64,000 nucleotides of DNA from Thermodesulfobacteriota bacterium (GTDB lineage Bacteria; Desulfobacterota; Desulfarculia; JACQYL01): contig CAXXLZ010000002.1 in assembly GCA_963675595.2 (NCBI GenBank), forward strand, positions 2,560,001 to 2,624,000, read 5' to 3'. Within the stretch, counting starts at the first letter, position 1, and each line of letters opens with the position of its first letter. Below the pieces are notes generated by a model. The model did no database searches. It worked only from the letters and a program-made list of their open reading frames with translations, and was not told where the DNA came from. The position numbers and the translations under genes are program-made. This document shows positions 38,674-46,990 of the stretch, piece after piece.

Positions 38674-40488
38674 TCAACTCACATCCGGAATCTTAGGCAA
38701 ATCGCCGCCGGCTTGTGGTGCCGCATTTGCTCCGAGCCCGCTTCTGCTCGAAACCGGCAGTCTGATATGGAACGCTGCGCCCGACCCATAGTCGGCGTAC
38801 TCGATATCTCCATCATGGGCCTTAAGCACGGATCGCGCGATGGTAAGCCCCAAACCGGTTCCGCTATCGCCTTTTGTGGAAAAAAAAGGATCGAACACCT
38901 TCACCCGTAACTCCTCGGAAACTCCCGGCCCCGAGTCCCGAATCTCCACCGCAACCCAAGCCTGCTCGGCTCGAGCCGAAATCCGCACTATTCCTCCTTC
39001 CGGCATGGCATCCACGGCATTGGTCACCAAGTTGTCAAAAACGTGCTCCAGAAGCCCCGGGTCCCCCTCCACCAATGGGAGCCCCGGTTCCACGGTCAAA
39101 TCGGCCTTAACGCCGTTCTTCGCCAGGAGGGGGGCATTCTGGTCCAGAACCGAGTTCAGAAAAGGTCCCAAGGGCAGGGGCTCGGGGCGTATCCGCCGCG
39201 CCCTGGAAAACCGCGAAAGGTCTCGGCAAAGCCGATCGATCTTTTCAACATTCCTCTCCACCGCCTCGAAAAATTTGCGGTCCGACTCGGAAACCGTCTG
39301 CTCCCGGTGCAGGTCCAACCACATGGCTATATTGGTAAGGCGGTTTCCTATTTCATGGTTCACTTTGCTCGCAGCTTCCCCAAGAGCCGCAAGACCCTCC
39401 AGCCGCGCCTTGTCCTCGACGGCTTTTCGCTCCCGTTCCATATGTTCCACCAAGCTCCGTCTCATACGGTCGAATTCACGCGCCAATTGAGCAATTTCTC
39501 CTTTGCCGCGCGCAGGCACCTCCGCACTGAAATCGCCTGAAGAAATGGCCATGGTGGAGCGATGCAACTCTTTTAGGGGACGAAGGAATCTTCGCGAAAA
39601 TGCCACGCTGAGGAGAGCGGAAACCCAAATCATAAGACCCGCGATGAGTCCTCCTTCGATATACAGATCCATTTCATGAAAAAAGAGACTCGCTTCGGGG
39701 GTACTCAACAACAGAACCCAGTCCATGCCTGGAAGCAGTTTAGCGGTGAGATAGGTTTTCCGGTCTCCCGTACCATCGGTCCAATGAGCTTCCCGTTTGT
39801 CCCCCAAACGTTTCCTGAGGTATCCGTAGGATCTTTCGGAGCGCCGGAAGGTATCTTGAAGATGGTTGGAGCAAAGCACCTTCCCCGAAGAATCAATGAT
39901 CTCGGCCCGCAGCCCGGGAATACCCGAAGCATCGGAAAAGACCTGGAGAAAATGGACGGCGTCAACCTCCATGAAAAGCACTCCCTTTTCCGATGTGGGG
40001 GAGCCAACCGGAGCTGCAGCATAGATAACGGGCAAGCCAAGCTCGGACTTCACCATCCCCCATACACGCGTTGCTGCCGGAAAAGGCCCGTTTCCTTTTT
40101 GAGCCGCGTAGATTCTCTCGATTTCCCGGAATTTGGGCACACTGGCGTTTTCAACGACGCCGTCCGATCGAAGCAAAGCGATGAAGTTGACGCCGTCAAG
40201 ACGGTCCCGCACCGAATGCATCAAGATCATTTGTTCCCAGGAATCCAGGTTTCCCAGTTCCACCACGGTGCTTAACACCTCGGCCCGCGTGCGGACCTCA
40301 TCCACGAAACCCGAAACCTGGTTTCCTATGGCTCTGCACAGGTCCCGCTGATATTCCCGGCCCTGAACCAAGCTCGATTTTCGGCTGATGGCCGTGAACA
40401 AACCGGCAGTCAAGCCCACGCTGAAAACGATCAGGGGGACTATGATGCCTAACAGTTTAAAATGGAGACTGTGTCGTAGACCGTTCAT
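38674..40488 (-). CDS. Sensor histidine kinase, TM-Cache-like-TM-HAMP-HisKA-HATPase
   Basis: Two TMs around a ~240-aa periplasmic domain; HAMP RPLKEL...GEIAQLAREFDRM; atypical H-box NHEIGNRL; NAVDAM, DSGPG, GTGLGL. Confidence 0.88.
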   Translation of the reverse strand: MNGLRHSLHFKLLGIIVPLIVFSVGLTAGLFTAISRKSSLVQGREYQRDLCRAIGNQVSGFVDEVRTRAEVLSTVVELGNLDSWEQMILMHSVRDRLDGVNFIALLRSDGVVENASVPKFREIERIYAAQKGNGPFPAATRVWGMVKSELGLPVIYAAAPVGSPTSEKGVLFMEVDAVHFLQVFSDASGIPGLRAEIIDSSGKVLCSNHLQDTFRRSERSYGYLRKRLGDKREAHWTDGTGDRKTYLTAKLLPGMDWVLLLSTPEASLFFHEMDLYIEGGLIAGLMIWVSALLSVAFSRRFLRPLKELHRSTMAISSGDFSAEVPARGKGEIAQLAREFDRMRRSLVEHMERERKAVEDKARLEGLAALGEAASKVNHEIGNRLTNIAMWLDLHREQTVSESDRKFFEAVERNVEKIDRLCRDLSRFSRARRIRPEPLPLGPFLNSVLDQNAPLLAKNGVKADLTVEPGLPLVEGDPGLLEHVFDNLVTNAVDAMPEGGIVRISARAEQAWVAVEIRDSGPGVSEELRVKVFDPFFSTKGDSGTGLGLTIARSVLKAHDGDIEYADYGSGAAFHIRLPVSSRSGLGANAAPQAGGDLPKIPDVS

Positions 40489-40525
40489 GCGAGCAAACAA
40501 GCCGTTCGGGTATTGGTGAACCCGC

Positions 40526-40555
40526 TTGACAGTAGTATTTCAGGATAGGTAAGGT
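40526..40555 (+). promoter_or_regulatory. Candidate sigma70 promoter for the TonB-dependent receptor
   Basis: TTGACA (40526-40531), 18 nt, TAAGGT. Confidence 0.35.
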
Positions 40556-40794
40556 GAATTAATGGTTGAGTCTTTTGGAAATGCTCTCGGAAGTCAAGCC
40601 GTTTCATCCAACGCGCCTCCGGTTCCTGAACTCCCGGAACGAAGGCCCGGACGCGACCGTAACGCCTCGACGCATTAGAGAACGATTTGAGGCCACGCTT
40701 TTTCAGTTTCCATGCATCGTCTCCCTCTGCAATCGGAAGTCATGCCCGTTTAAGATTCCTTCCCGCTCTTATAGGATTGCCTGCATTCCCCTGG

Positions 40795-42624
40795 ATGCGG
40801 GGCTTGGTTTTCGCCGTTTCCATTTTGGCCCTTTTCTTTGCAGCACGTCGAACTTCGGCCCAGGCGGGTCCTTCCAGCGGCTTCACTCTGGGCCCTTTGG
40901 TGGTCACCGCTACACGCAGCCTTACCGAAAAGGAATATTTAGCCGCAAATCTAATCACCGTGGACAGGGAAGAAGCGAGCCGTTTTCCCGTTGAAAACGT
41001 GGCCGAGGCACTTCGCTATCAACCCGGCCTCCATATGCACTTTAACGGTGGTCTGGGGAGCTTGGCCACGCTCGCAATCAACGGTTCGGAAACCCGGCAG
41101 GTAGCCGTGTACATGGACGGAGTCAGGCTGAACCAGTTGGCCAACCCCATCGCGGACCTGTCCCAGATCCCATGGAACCAAGTGGAACGCATCGAGGTGC
41201 TCAAAGGAGCCGGCTCCTCCGCGTGGGGTTCCGCCTTGGGAGGCGTGGTCAACATTATAACCCGTGAGCCCGACCCCGAAGAGGGCCCTGTTCCCGAACT
41301 GCACATCGCTTTGGGTGAGCACGATACCCGCATTGGTCAGGCCACCGTCAGCGGGTCTCCCTCTCCCTGGGGCTACCTGTTTTCCGCGGACCGTTTGCGG
41401 ACGGACGGCTTCGTGGATCACGGGGCTTCGGAACACGGCGACATCTACTTCAAGCTCCGAAGGCAACTGCTCGAAACCATGGAAGTCACTCTCACGGCGA
41501 ACTACTTGGACGGCTCGTTTGAGAACCCCTTGGCAACGTTGCCGTTATATTGGGAGAAGAACGTGTCCCGCCGGTTCTATCAAACCTTGCAGGCGGCGGG
41601 AACCCCCATGGAAGGATTGGGATTATACGTGTCTGCCTGGAACCAACGTTTTACCAATTATTCGGATACGCACTATACCGATGGGTCCCCCACGATTAAG
41701 CGATACCACTACGTCGAAAAGAGCCGAGGTACAAATTTCCGAACCACCTACGAACTGGGGCGACTCAGCACGACCACTCTGGGTCTGGATGCCGAATGGA
41801 ACTGCTACAGCTACAGCAACAATCCCGGAGATCAAGACGGGAGTAACCTGGCGGTCTACCTCAATGAAGTGTACAACCTGGGACCTCTCAGCCTCAACGC
41901 GGGAGTTCGTTACGACAACAATTCGGACTTCGGCAATTATTGGAGCCCTTCGGGCGGGGCGGTCCTCCGGGTGGGCCCCTGGAATACCAGAATTCGTTTC
42001 CAGGCGGCGGCAGGTTTCAACGCCCCACCCGTGCTTTGGCTGCACGATCCCAAATATGGGAATCCGGATCTCCAAGCAGAGCGTGGAATCGACCTCGAAC
42101 TCGCTTTAGAGACTTCCCCCTGGTCACGTTTCTCTTTCTCCATCAGTGGGTTCTGGGCGGATCTCGACGATCTCATCCTGTTCAATCGCATGCACGAGCG
42201 ATACGAAAATATCCGGGAAGTCCGAAGGCGAGGCGTAGCCGGTCTTGTTCGCGGAAAGCTTGCGCTGGGCTTCGAGGCGTCCTTCGGCTTCACACTCGTG
42301 GACGCGGAAAACGCGGAAACGGGAGAGACGCTGAAAGATATTCCAAGAACCATCTGGGACCTGCAGCTGAGTCACGTCTGGAAAGGTTTGTTCCAGTCAC
42401 TCACGGGCCGCTGGGCCGACACCAACTCCTCGAGCCCGGAGAGTCGTGACAAGAGGTTCGTGTTCGACTACCACATCCGATACCAAATTCCTCCAAGCGA
42501 TACACTGGGCGAATTTCAGCTGTTCGCATCGGTGATCAACCTCTTCAACACGACTTATTATTATTCCCCTGCTTTTCCACAGCCCGACCGCACCGTTCGA
42601 GGCGGATTGTCGTGGAAGTTCTGA
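40795..42624 (+). CDS. TonB-dependent outer-membrane receptor (BtuB/CirA-like)
   Basis: Signal peptide; TonB-box-like LGPLVVTATR; plug motif VERIEVLKGAGSSAWGSALGGVVNIITR; GNPDLQAE; C-terminal Phe (GGLSWKF); start uncertain. Confidence 0.9.
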   Translation: MRGLVFAVSILALFFAARRTSAQAGPSSGFTLGPLVVTATRSLTEKEYLAANLITVDREEASRFPVENVAEALRYQPGLHMHFNGGLGSLATLAINGSETRQVAVYMDGVRLNQLANPIADLSQIPWNQVERIEVLKGAGSSAWGSALGGVVNIITREPDPEEGPVPELHIALGEHDTRIGQATVSGSPSPWGYLFSADRLRTDGFVDHGASEHGDIYFKLRRQLLETMEVTLTANYLDGSFENPLATLPLYWEKNVSRRFYQTLQAAGTPMEGLGLYVSAWNQRFTNYSDTHYTDGSPTIKRYHYVEKSRGTNFRTTYELGRLSTTTLGLDAEWNCYSYSNNPGDQDGSNLAVYLNEVYNLGPLSLNAGVRYDNNSDFGNYWSPSGGAVLRVGPWNTRIRFQAAAGFNAPPVLWLHDPKYGNPDLQAERGIDLELALETSPWSRFSFSISGFWADLDDLILFNRMHERYENIREVRRRGVAGLVRGKLALGFEASFGFTLVDAENAETGETLKDIPRTIWDLQLSHVWKGLFQSLTGRWADTNSSSPESRDKRFVFDYHIRYQIPPSDTLGEFQLFASVINLFNTTYYYSPAFPQPDRTVRGGLSWKF

Positions 42625-42625
42625 C

Positions 42626-45391
42626 TTGCCGCAACGGGGATCGACCTTGATCGTTTTCGGGCGGCACTTGCGTATTCCCACCGGTTTCCCACTCAAGAAC
42701 GCGATCCTGCTTCTGGTTCTTTCAATCGTGCTGTCGCCGGCAGGCAGGCTTTCTTGGTCGAAACCACCGGTGGGTGTCGCTCTCTTCGAGCAAGACGACG
42801 CATCCGATTTACGATTGCGATTTCAAGCCGTTCGTGCGGTGGACGAGATCCGGAAATTGGGACTTTCCGCACAACTCCGCATGTTAAGCCGAGTCTCTCA
42901 GGGAGACGATCTCTCCGTCGTCCCTACTCTCCTGGCTTTGATCGTTGAAGAGAAGGCCGCGGAGGCTTGTCCCGAAATCTTGTCTTTGCTCGGTTCCGAC
43001 TCCCTGGAAGTTTTCACACCCTCCGCCTACGCCTCGGCTATGCTGGGTTGCGATTCCGCAGTCTCCAAGTTGATAGAAAAGGCGCGAAATCGAGACACTT
43101 CCGAGGAATTCGCCGTTGTAGCGGCACACGCCCTCGCTCGTTTGGGCGGGAAGCTCATAGAAGCTCAAGGCGAAGAGGAGAACCCGGATGACGCGAAGGC
43201 GCGTGTTGAGGCCGTAAAGAGCGCACTCACGGAAATGCTTCTACGACCTTCCACCCGACTCCGCGCGGAAGCGGCGGGCGCTCTGAGTTATTTGGGCGTA
43301 ACCACGGGGGACGGCGGCATTCCATCCGATCTTTGGCAGGACCCCGAATTCGGCGTCCTCGCGGGAAGGCTGTTGCTTCCGCCCGCGACGGCCGACCTCG
43401 CCAACGCCCAGGACTCGTGGATCGCCCCGCGCCGTGATCCCACACGTTTCTCCGCGGTCCTCGATTCCGAGCTCCTTTCTCGTGAGGCGGCGGAAGCCGA
43501 CAACCGGCCGGGGAGCCTAAAAAATTCGGAGAAGGCATGGCAACGAGACACAGAAGCCTTGTCCGCCGTCAGGCGCTCAATTCCGGGGGGCACCGCACCG
43601 TTGCGACTTCCCGGCTACATTCTGGTCGCCCCGGACCGTGATCGGCTACCATGGGTCGAAGACCTGATGAACGGCCCCATGAACGCACCCATCGCCCTCA
43701 TGGAATGGGCGGAGGATGCTTTGAACCGGAGTTCCGAAACCGAAATGTCGGCGGTGGATTCGCTGAATCGGATTGTGAAGCACGCTTGGTCGTTGATCTA
43801 CCCCATCGGAAACCGGAACGAAAGGAGTGTGTCGGCGATTGAAGCGCCTCCCCCTGTTCATTCATCGGGAATCAACCATGAGGAGCCCTTTGACGGCGAA
43901 CCGGGGTCTTTGGACCGGCAACGGTGGAAACGGCTGCACGATATAACGGCCCGATTGATCGATGCGGTGTCGGACTTGGAAATACAATGGCGCAACGCGG
44001 TCTCCTCCGTGTCGGAAGAGGGTCGCCGACGGATGGAAGAACTCGGAAACCTGGACCCTTCCCTCGTGGTGCTCAATTCCGAGACGATCGAAACCGCCTC
44101 GAAACTCTTCAACGAATTGGACCCGACACCCGTCCTGACGGCGCAAGTCCGGCTTTTTCGGGTATTGGACGAAGAAATCCCCAATCTCAGAGCCTTTGTC
44201 GGGTGGAGTCCGGGCGGGAACGGCGACTGGGTTGAAGAGATCGAAACCGCTTTGGGCACGGTACGCCTGTATGGTCCCGCCGCCCATGAAATTCGCACCC
44301 CCGCTCTATTGATCATCGACTTCGGTGGTTCGGACTCCTGGACGCGTGACAATGGATCCGGGGATTCCACGTTCGTTCATTTGTACCTTGATTTGGAGGG
44401 GAACGACACCTTCTACAGTGCGGACTATCCGGGACTTTCCGGAGCCGTCTTGGGGACTTCCATCCTGATGGATTTCCAGGGCGACGACATCTATTCCGGG
44501 AGTGTGGGGGCACAAGGAGCGGCCGTTTTGGGATCGGGAATCCACCTGGATATGGAAGGGAACGACCGATATTACTGTGAAAGATTCTGCCAGGGAGCCG
44601 CGCTTTTCGGCGTGGGAATACTCCATGATCGTTCGGGAAACGATCTGTATGAGGCGGGAGGCTCGGCTCAGGGATTCGGAAGCACGAGGGGAACGGGCAT
44701 TCTCCTCGAAGGCGAAGGCAACGATTCGTTCCATGCGGGCGGCCTCGACCCCGACGAAATTCGTGATCCTTCCCATTTCATCTCCCTGGCCCAGGGATTC
44801 GGTATCGGTCTCCGGCCGGAAGAGGAACACGGTGCCTTCTCCGGGGGTATCGGCCTGCTCATCGAACTAAACGGAAATGACCGGTACGAGGGTGACGTTC
44901 TCGCTCAAGGGTTGGGCGTCTGGTTCGGGATGGGCGCCATCCTCGACTTTGGCGGAGAGGATTCATACTCTTTGTTCAACTACGGCCAAGGAATGGGCAT
45001 GCACGCAGGGGTCGGCCTGCTGCTGGATCTCGACGGCGGGGACCGATACAAGGGCCGCCACCACGCCATGGGATCCGGACTGGACCGGGGCATGGGGATT
45101 CTTTTCGACGCGGCGGGTGACGATCATTACACGAGCATTTCCGATTCTCTGGGGTCCGGAGTGAAACCCCTCGGGCTGGGAATCCTGGTAGACCACATGG
45201 GAAACGACGATTACACCGCAGAGGTGGGGTTGGGCTACAGCCGCCGGCCCGCCTACTCGCCGAGCCTTTGGCCCACGGGACTCTTCTTCGATCGTGAGGG
45301 TGACGATCGCTACATGGGAAGAGCCGGAAAAGGCCGTGACGGTTTCTATTGGATTCAGAATCGTGGCGGCTTGGGAGTGGATGGAGGATAA
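42626..45391 (+). CDS. Exported protein with HEAT-like N-terminus and C-terminal Gly/Asp-rich repeat array
   Basis: Hydrophobic N-terminal segment; HEAT-like helices (LRAEAAGALSYLG); 12 [DE]xxGxDx[YFW] repeats. Confidence 0.75.
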   Translation: MPQRGSTLIVFGRHLRIPTGFPLKNAILLLVLSIVLSPAGRLSWSKPPVGVALFEQDDASDLRLRFQAVRAVDEIRKLGLSAQLRMLSRVSQGDDLSVVPTLLALIVEEKAAEACPEILSLLGSDSLEVFTPSAYASAMLGCDSAVSKLIEKARNRDTSEEFAVVAAHALARLGGKLIEAQGEEENPDDAKARVEAVKSALTEMLLRPSTRLRAEAAGALSYLGVTTGDGGIPSDLWQDPEFGVLAGRLLLPPATADLANAQDSWIAPRRDPTRFSAVLDSELLSREAAEADNRPGSLKNSEKAWQRDTEALSAVRRSIPGGTAPLRLPGYILVAPDRDRLPWVEDLMNGPMNAPIALMEWAEDALNRSSETEMSAVDSLNRIVKHAWSLIYPIGNRNERSVSAIEAPPPVHSSGINHEEPFDGEPGSLDRQRWKRLHDITARLIDAVSDLEIQWRNAVSSVSEEGRRRMEELGNLDPSLVVLNSETIETASKLFNELDPTPVLTAQVRLFRVLDEEIPNLRAFVGWSPGGNGDWVEEIETALGTVRLYGPAAHEIRTPALLIIDFGGSDSWTRDNGSGDSTFVHLYLDLEGNDTFYSADYPGLSGAVLGTSILMDFQGDDIYSGSVGAQGAAVLGSGIHLDMEGNDRYYCERFCQGAALFGVGILHDRSGNDLYEAGGSAQGFGSTRGTGILLEGEGNDSFHAGGLDPDEIRDPSHFISLAQGFGIGLRPEEEHGAFSGGIGLLIELNGNDRYEGDVLAQGLGVWFGMGAILDFGGEDSYSLFNYGQGMGMHAGVGLLLDLDGGDRYKGRHHAMGSGLDRGMGILFDAAGDDHYTSISDSLGSGVKPLGLGILVDHMGNDDYTAEVGLGYSRRPAYSPSLWPTGLFFDREGDDRYMGRAGKGRDGFYWIQNRGGLGVDGG
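44306..45313 (+). repeat. Protein-level tandem repeats of ~26-27 aa (QG.G...G.G.L.D..G.D.Y)
   Basis: DFGGSDSW, DLEGNDTF, DFQGDDIY, DMEGNDRY, DRSGNDLY, EGEGNDSF, ELNGNDRY, DFGGEDSY, DLDGGDRY, DAAGDDHY, DHMGNDDY, DREGDDRY. Confidence 0.85.
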
Positions 45392-45406
45392 CAAGCCGGG
45401 AATGGC

Positions 45407-45431
45407 GAGGCGGACGCACGGCATCCGCCTC
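45407..45431. terminator. Hairpin between convergent operons
   Basis: GAGGCGGA, 9 nt, TCCGCCTC. Confidence 0.35.
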
Positions 45432-45443
45432 CCGTCGGGTATA

Positions 45444-46385
45444 TTACTTGAATTTCCTTTTCAAAGCCTGATAACGATCCAACAATTGGCTTTGCTGTTT
45501 CCAGTCGGGATATTTGGCCAGTTCGGCCATGGTCTTTTCGATCCGCTTATCGAGAGGCGGGTGCGTGGAAAACCATGAGCCGCTTTTCTCCGATTTGTCT
45601 TCCCTGGCCTTCAGACTCCGCAACACCTCGATCATGCCGTTGGGGCCGTACCCGGTCCTGTAGGCGGTTTCCATAGCCGACGCGTCCGCTTCGAATTCCA
45701 TCCTCTGGTCCAGCCCTTTGTCGAACAAAACCGTCTGAAGATCTCCGATCATATTCTCGAACTGCTGTCCCTTTTCCCCTTCCATGGCGGCTGCGGTGAC
45801 CTTGCCTACTCCTTGAAGGAACCGCGCACGCCTGATGGACTGGAGAGCGTGCTTATGGCTCACATGGGCCACTTCGTGGGCCAGCACATTGGCGACCTGT
45901 GCTTCGGTCTGCATCATTTTCATCAGCCCATAGCTGATGAAGATGATGCCGCCGGGGCAACTGAACGCATTCAACAAATCGCTGTCCACCACCACGAACC
46001 GATAGGGAATGCCGGGTCGGATGGAATTATCGGCCAACGCCGTGCCCAACACGTTGACATACTCCTGAAGGTCGGGGTTGTCCACGGGCATGCCGTATCT
46101 CGCGAATCCCTCCAAAGCCAGGCTCTCCCCGATGGTACGCTCCGTGTCGTAGTCGATTTCCATGCTCCCCTCCACCAAGGAGCCGATTCCCTCGAAAAGC
46201 TTCCGCTCTTTGGAGCCTTCTTTGGTCAACGCATCCAGCAACCCGGCCACACGCAGTTCCGAGGAAGCCGCCGATTTCTCGACCGACGCCTCTTGTGTTC
46301 CGGTCCGATCCACCGGCGCCGCGGGACAACGCCCCCCAGCCGAAAGGGCAATGAAAGCCACGATGAGCAGGCATCCATATTTCAT
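45444..46385 (-). CDS. M48-family (BepA/LoiP-like) zinc metalloprotease, exported
   Basis: NAFSCPGG.IFIS.GL, LAHEVAHV (HExxH), EFEAD, STHPP...RI; signal peptide MKYGCLLIVAFIALSAG. Confidence 0.9.
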   Translation of the reverse strand: MKYGCLLIVAFIALSAGGRCPAAPVDRTGTQEASVEKSAASSELRVAGLLDALTKEGSKERKLFEGIGSLVEGSMEIDYDTERTIGESLALEGFARYGMPVDNPDLQEYVNVLGTALADNSIRPGIPYRFVVVDSDLLNAFSCPGGIIFISYGLMKMMQTEAQVANVLAHEVAHVSHKHALQSIRRARFLQGVGKVTAAAMEGEKGQQFENMIGDLQTVLFDKGLDQRMEFEADASAMETAYRTGYGPNGMIEVLRSLKAREDKSEKSGSWFSTHPPLDKRIEKTMAELAKYPDWKQQSQLLDRYQALKRKFK

Positions 46386-46404
46386 GGTTGTTCCTTTCCA
46401 AATC

Positions 46405-46917
46405 TCATTCAGCGTATTCACCCACTTTGCCGTCACGCAAGAAGCTCGTCACCTCTTGCTGAGTCACTTTCACGGCCAGGACTTGATCCAGAGCTTTTCT
46501 GTACTTCTCGGGTGTTTCCTTCATGGACGCGTATTTCTCGGTTTCCTTGGAGAGACCGCGCATACTTCGAGCCGTATCCGCCTCATCCGCCTTGATGCCG
46601 CTCCCTCCCAAAGCTGCGAATAGATCCGCCCCTTCCCTTTTTACTTCCGCGGAAGGCGGCGTATCGGAGACCCGGCCTCTGTACACCCAACCCTTTTGGC
46701 CTTCCGAGGTCTTGACACGGTACCACTTATCGTCCTTTTCCATCACCGAAAGTTCGGCTCCCAAGGGCAGCCCCACCACCGTTTTCGAAGAGGCTTTCTT
46801 ATCTTCCTTGAGTTTGGTTCCCTCGGAGGTCACGTACATCGTTTCCTGAGCCACAGCGGATGACAACCAGCAGACCAGAAATAAAGGGATCATCCATGCG
46901 AGATTCCTTGGTTTCAT
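46405..46917 (-). CDS. Exported SH3b-domain protein
   Basis: Signal peptide ending SSAVA; LPLGAELSVMEKDDKWYRVKTSEGQKGWV; GAGGAGG RBS. Confidence 0.8.
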   Translation of the reverse strand: MKPRNLAWMIPLFLVCWLSSAVAQETMYVTSEGTKLKEDKKASSKTVVGLPLGAELSVMEKDDKWYRVKTSEGQKGWVYRGRVSDTPPSAEVKREGADLFAALGGSGIKADEADTARSMRGLSKETEKYASMKETPEKYRKALDQVLAVKVTQQEVTSFLRDGKVGEYAE

Positions 46918-46990
46918 GTAACTTCTCCTCCTCTTTGTCCTTCGGCGATAACCGAGCCGCGGTCCATCGCCCACTGCATGATTTGCTCAC

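Noticed and set aside
40500-40795. Cobalamin riboswitch or Fur box upstream of the TonB receptor
   Set aside because: No B12-box or other core riboswitch motifs and no Fur-like palindrome recognised by eye; an Rfam scan would be decisive
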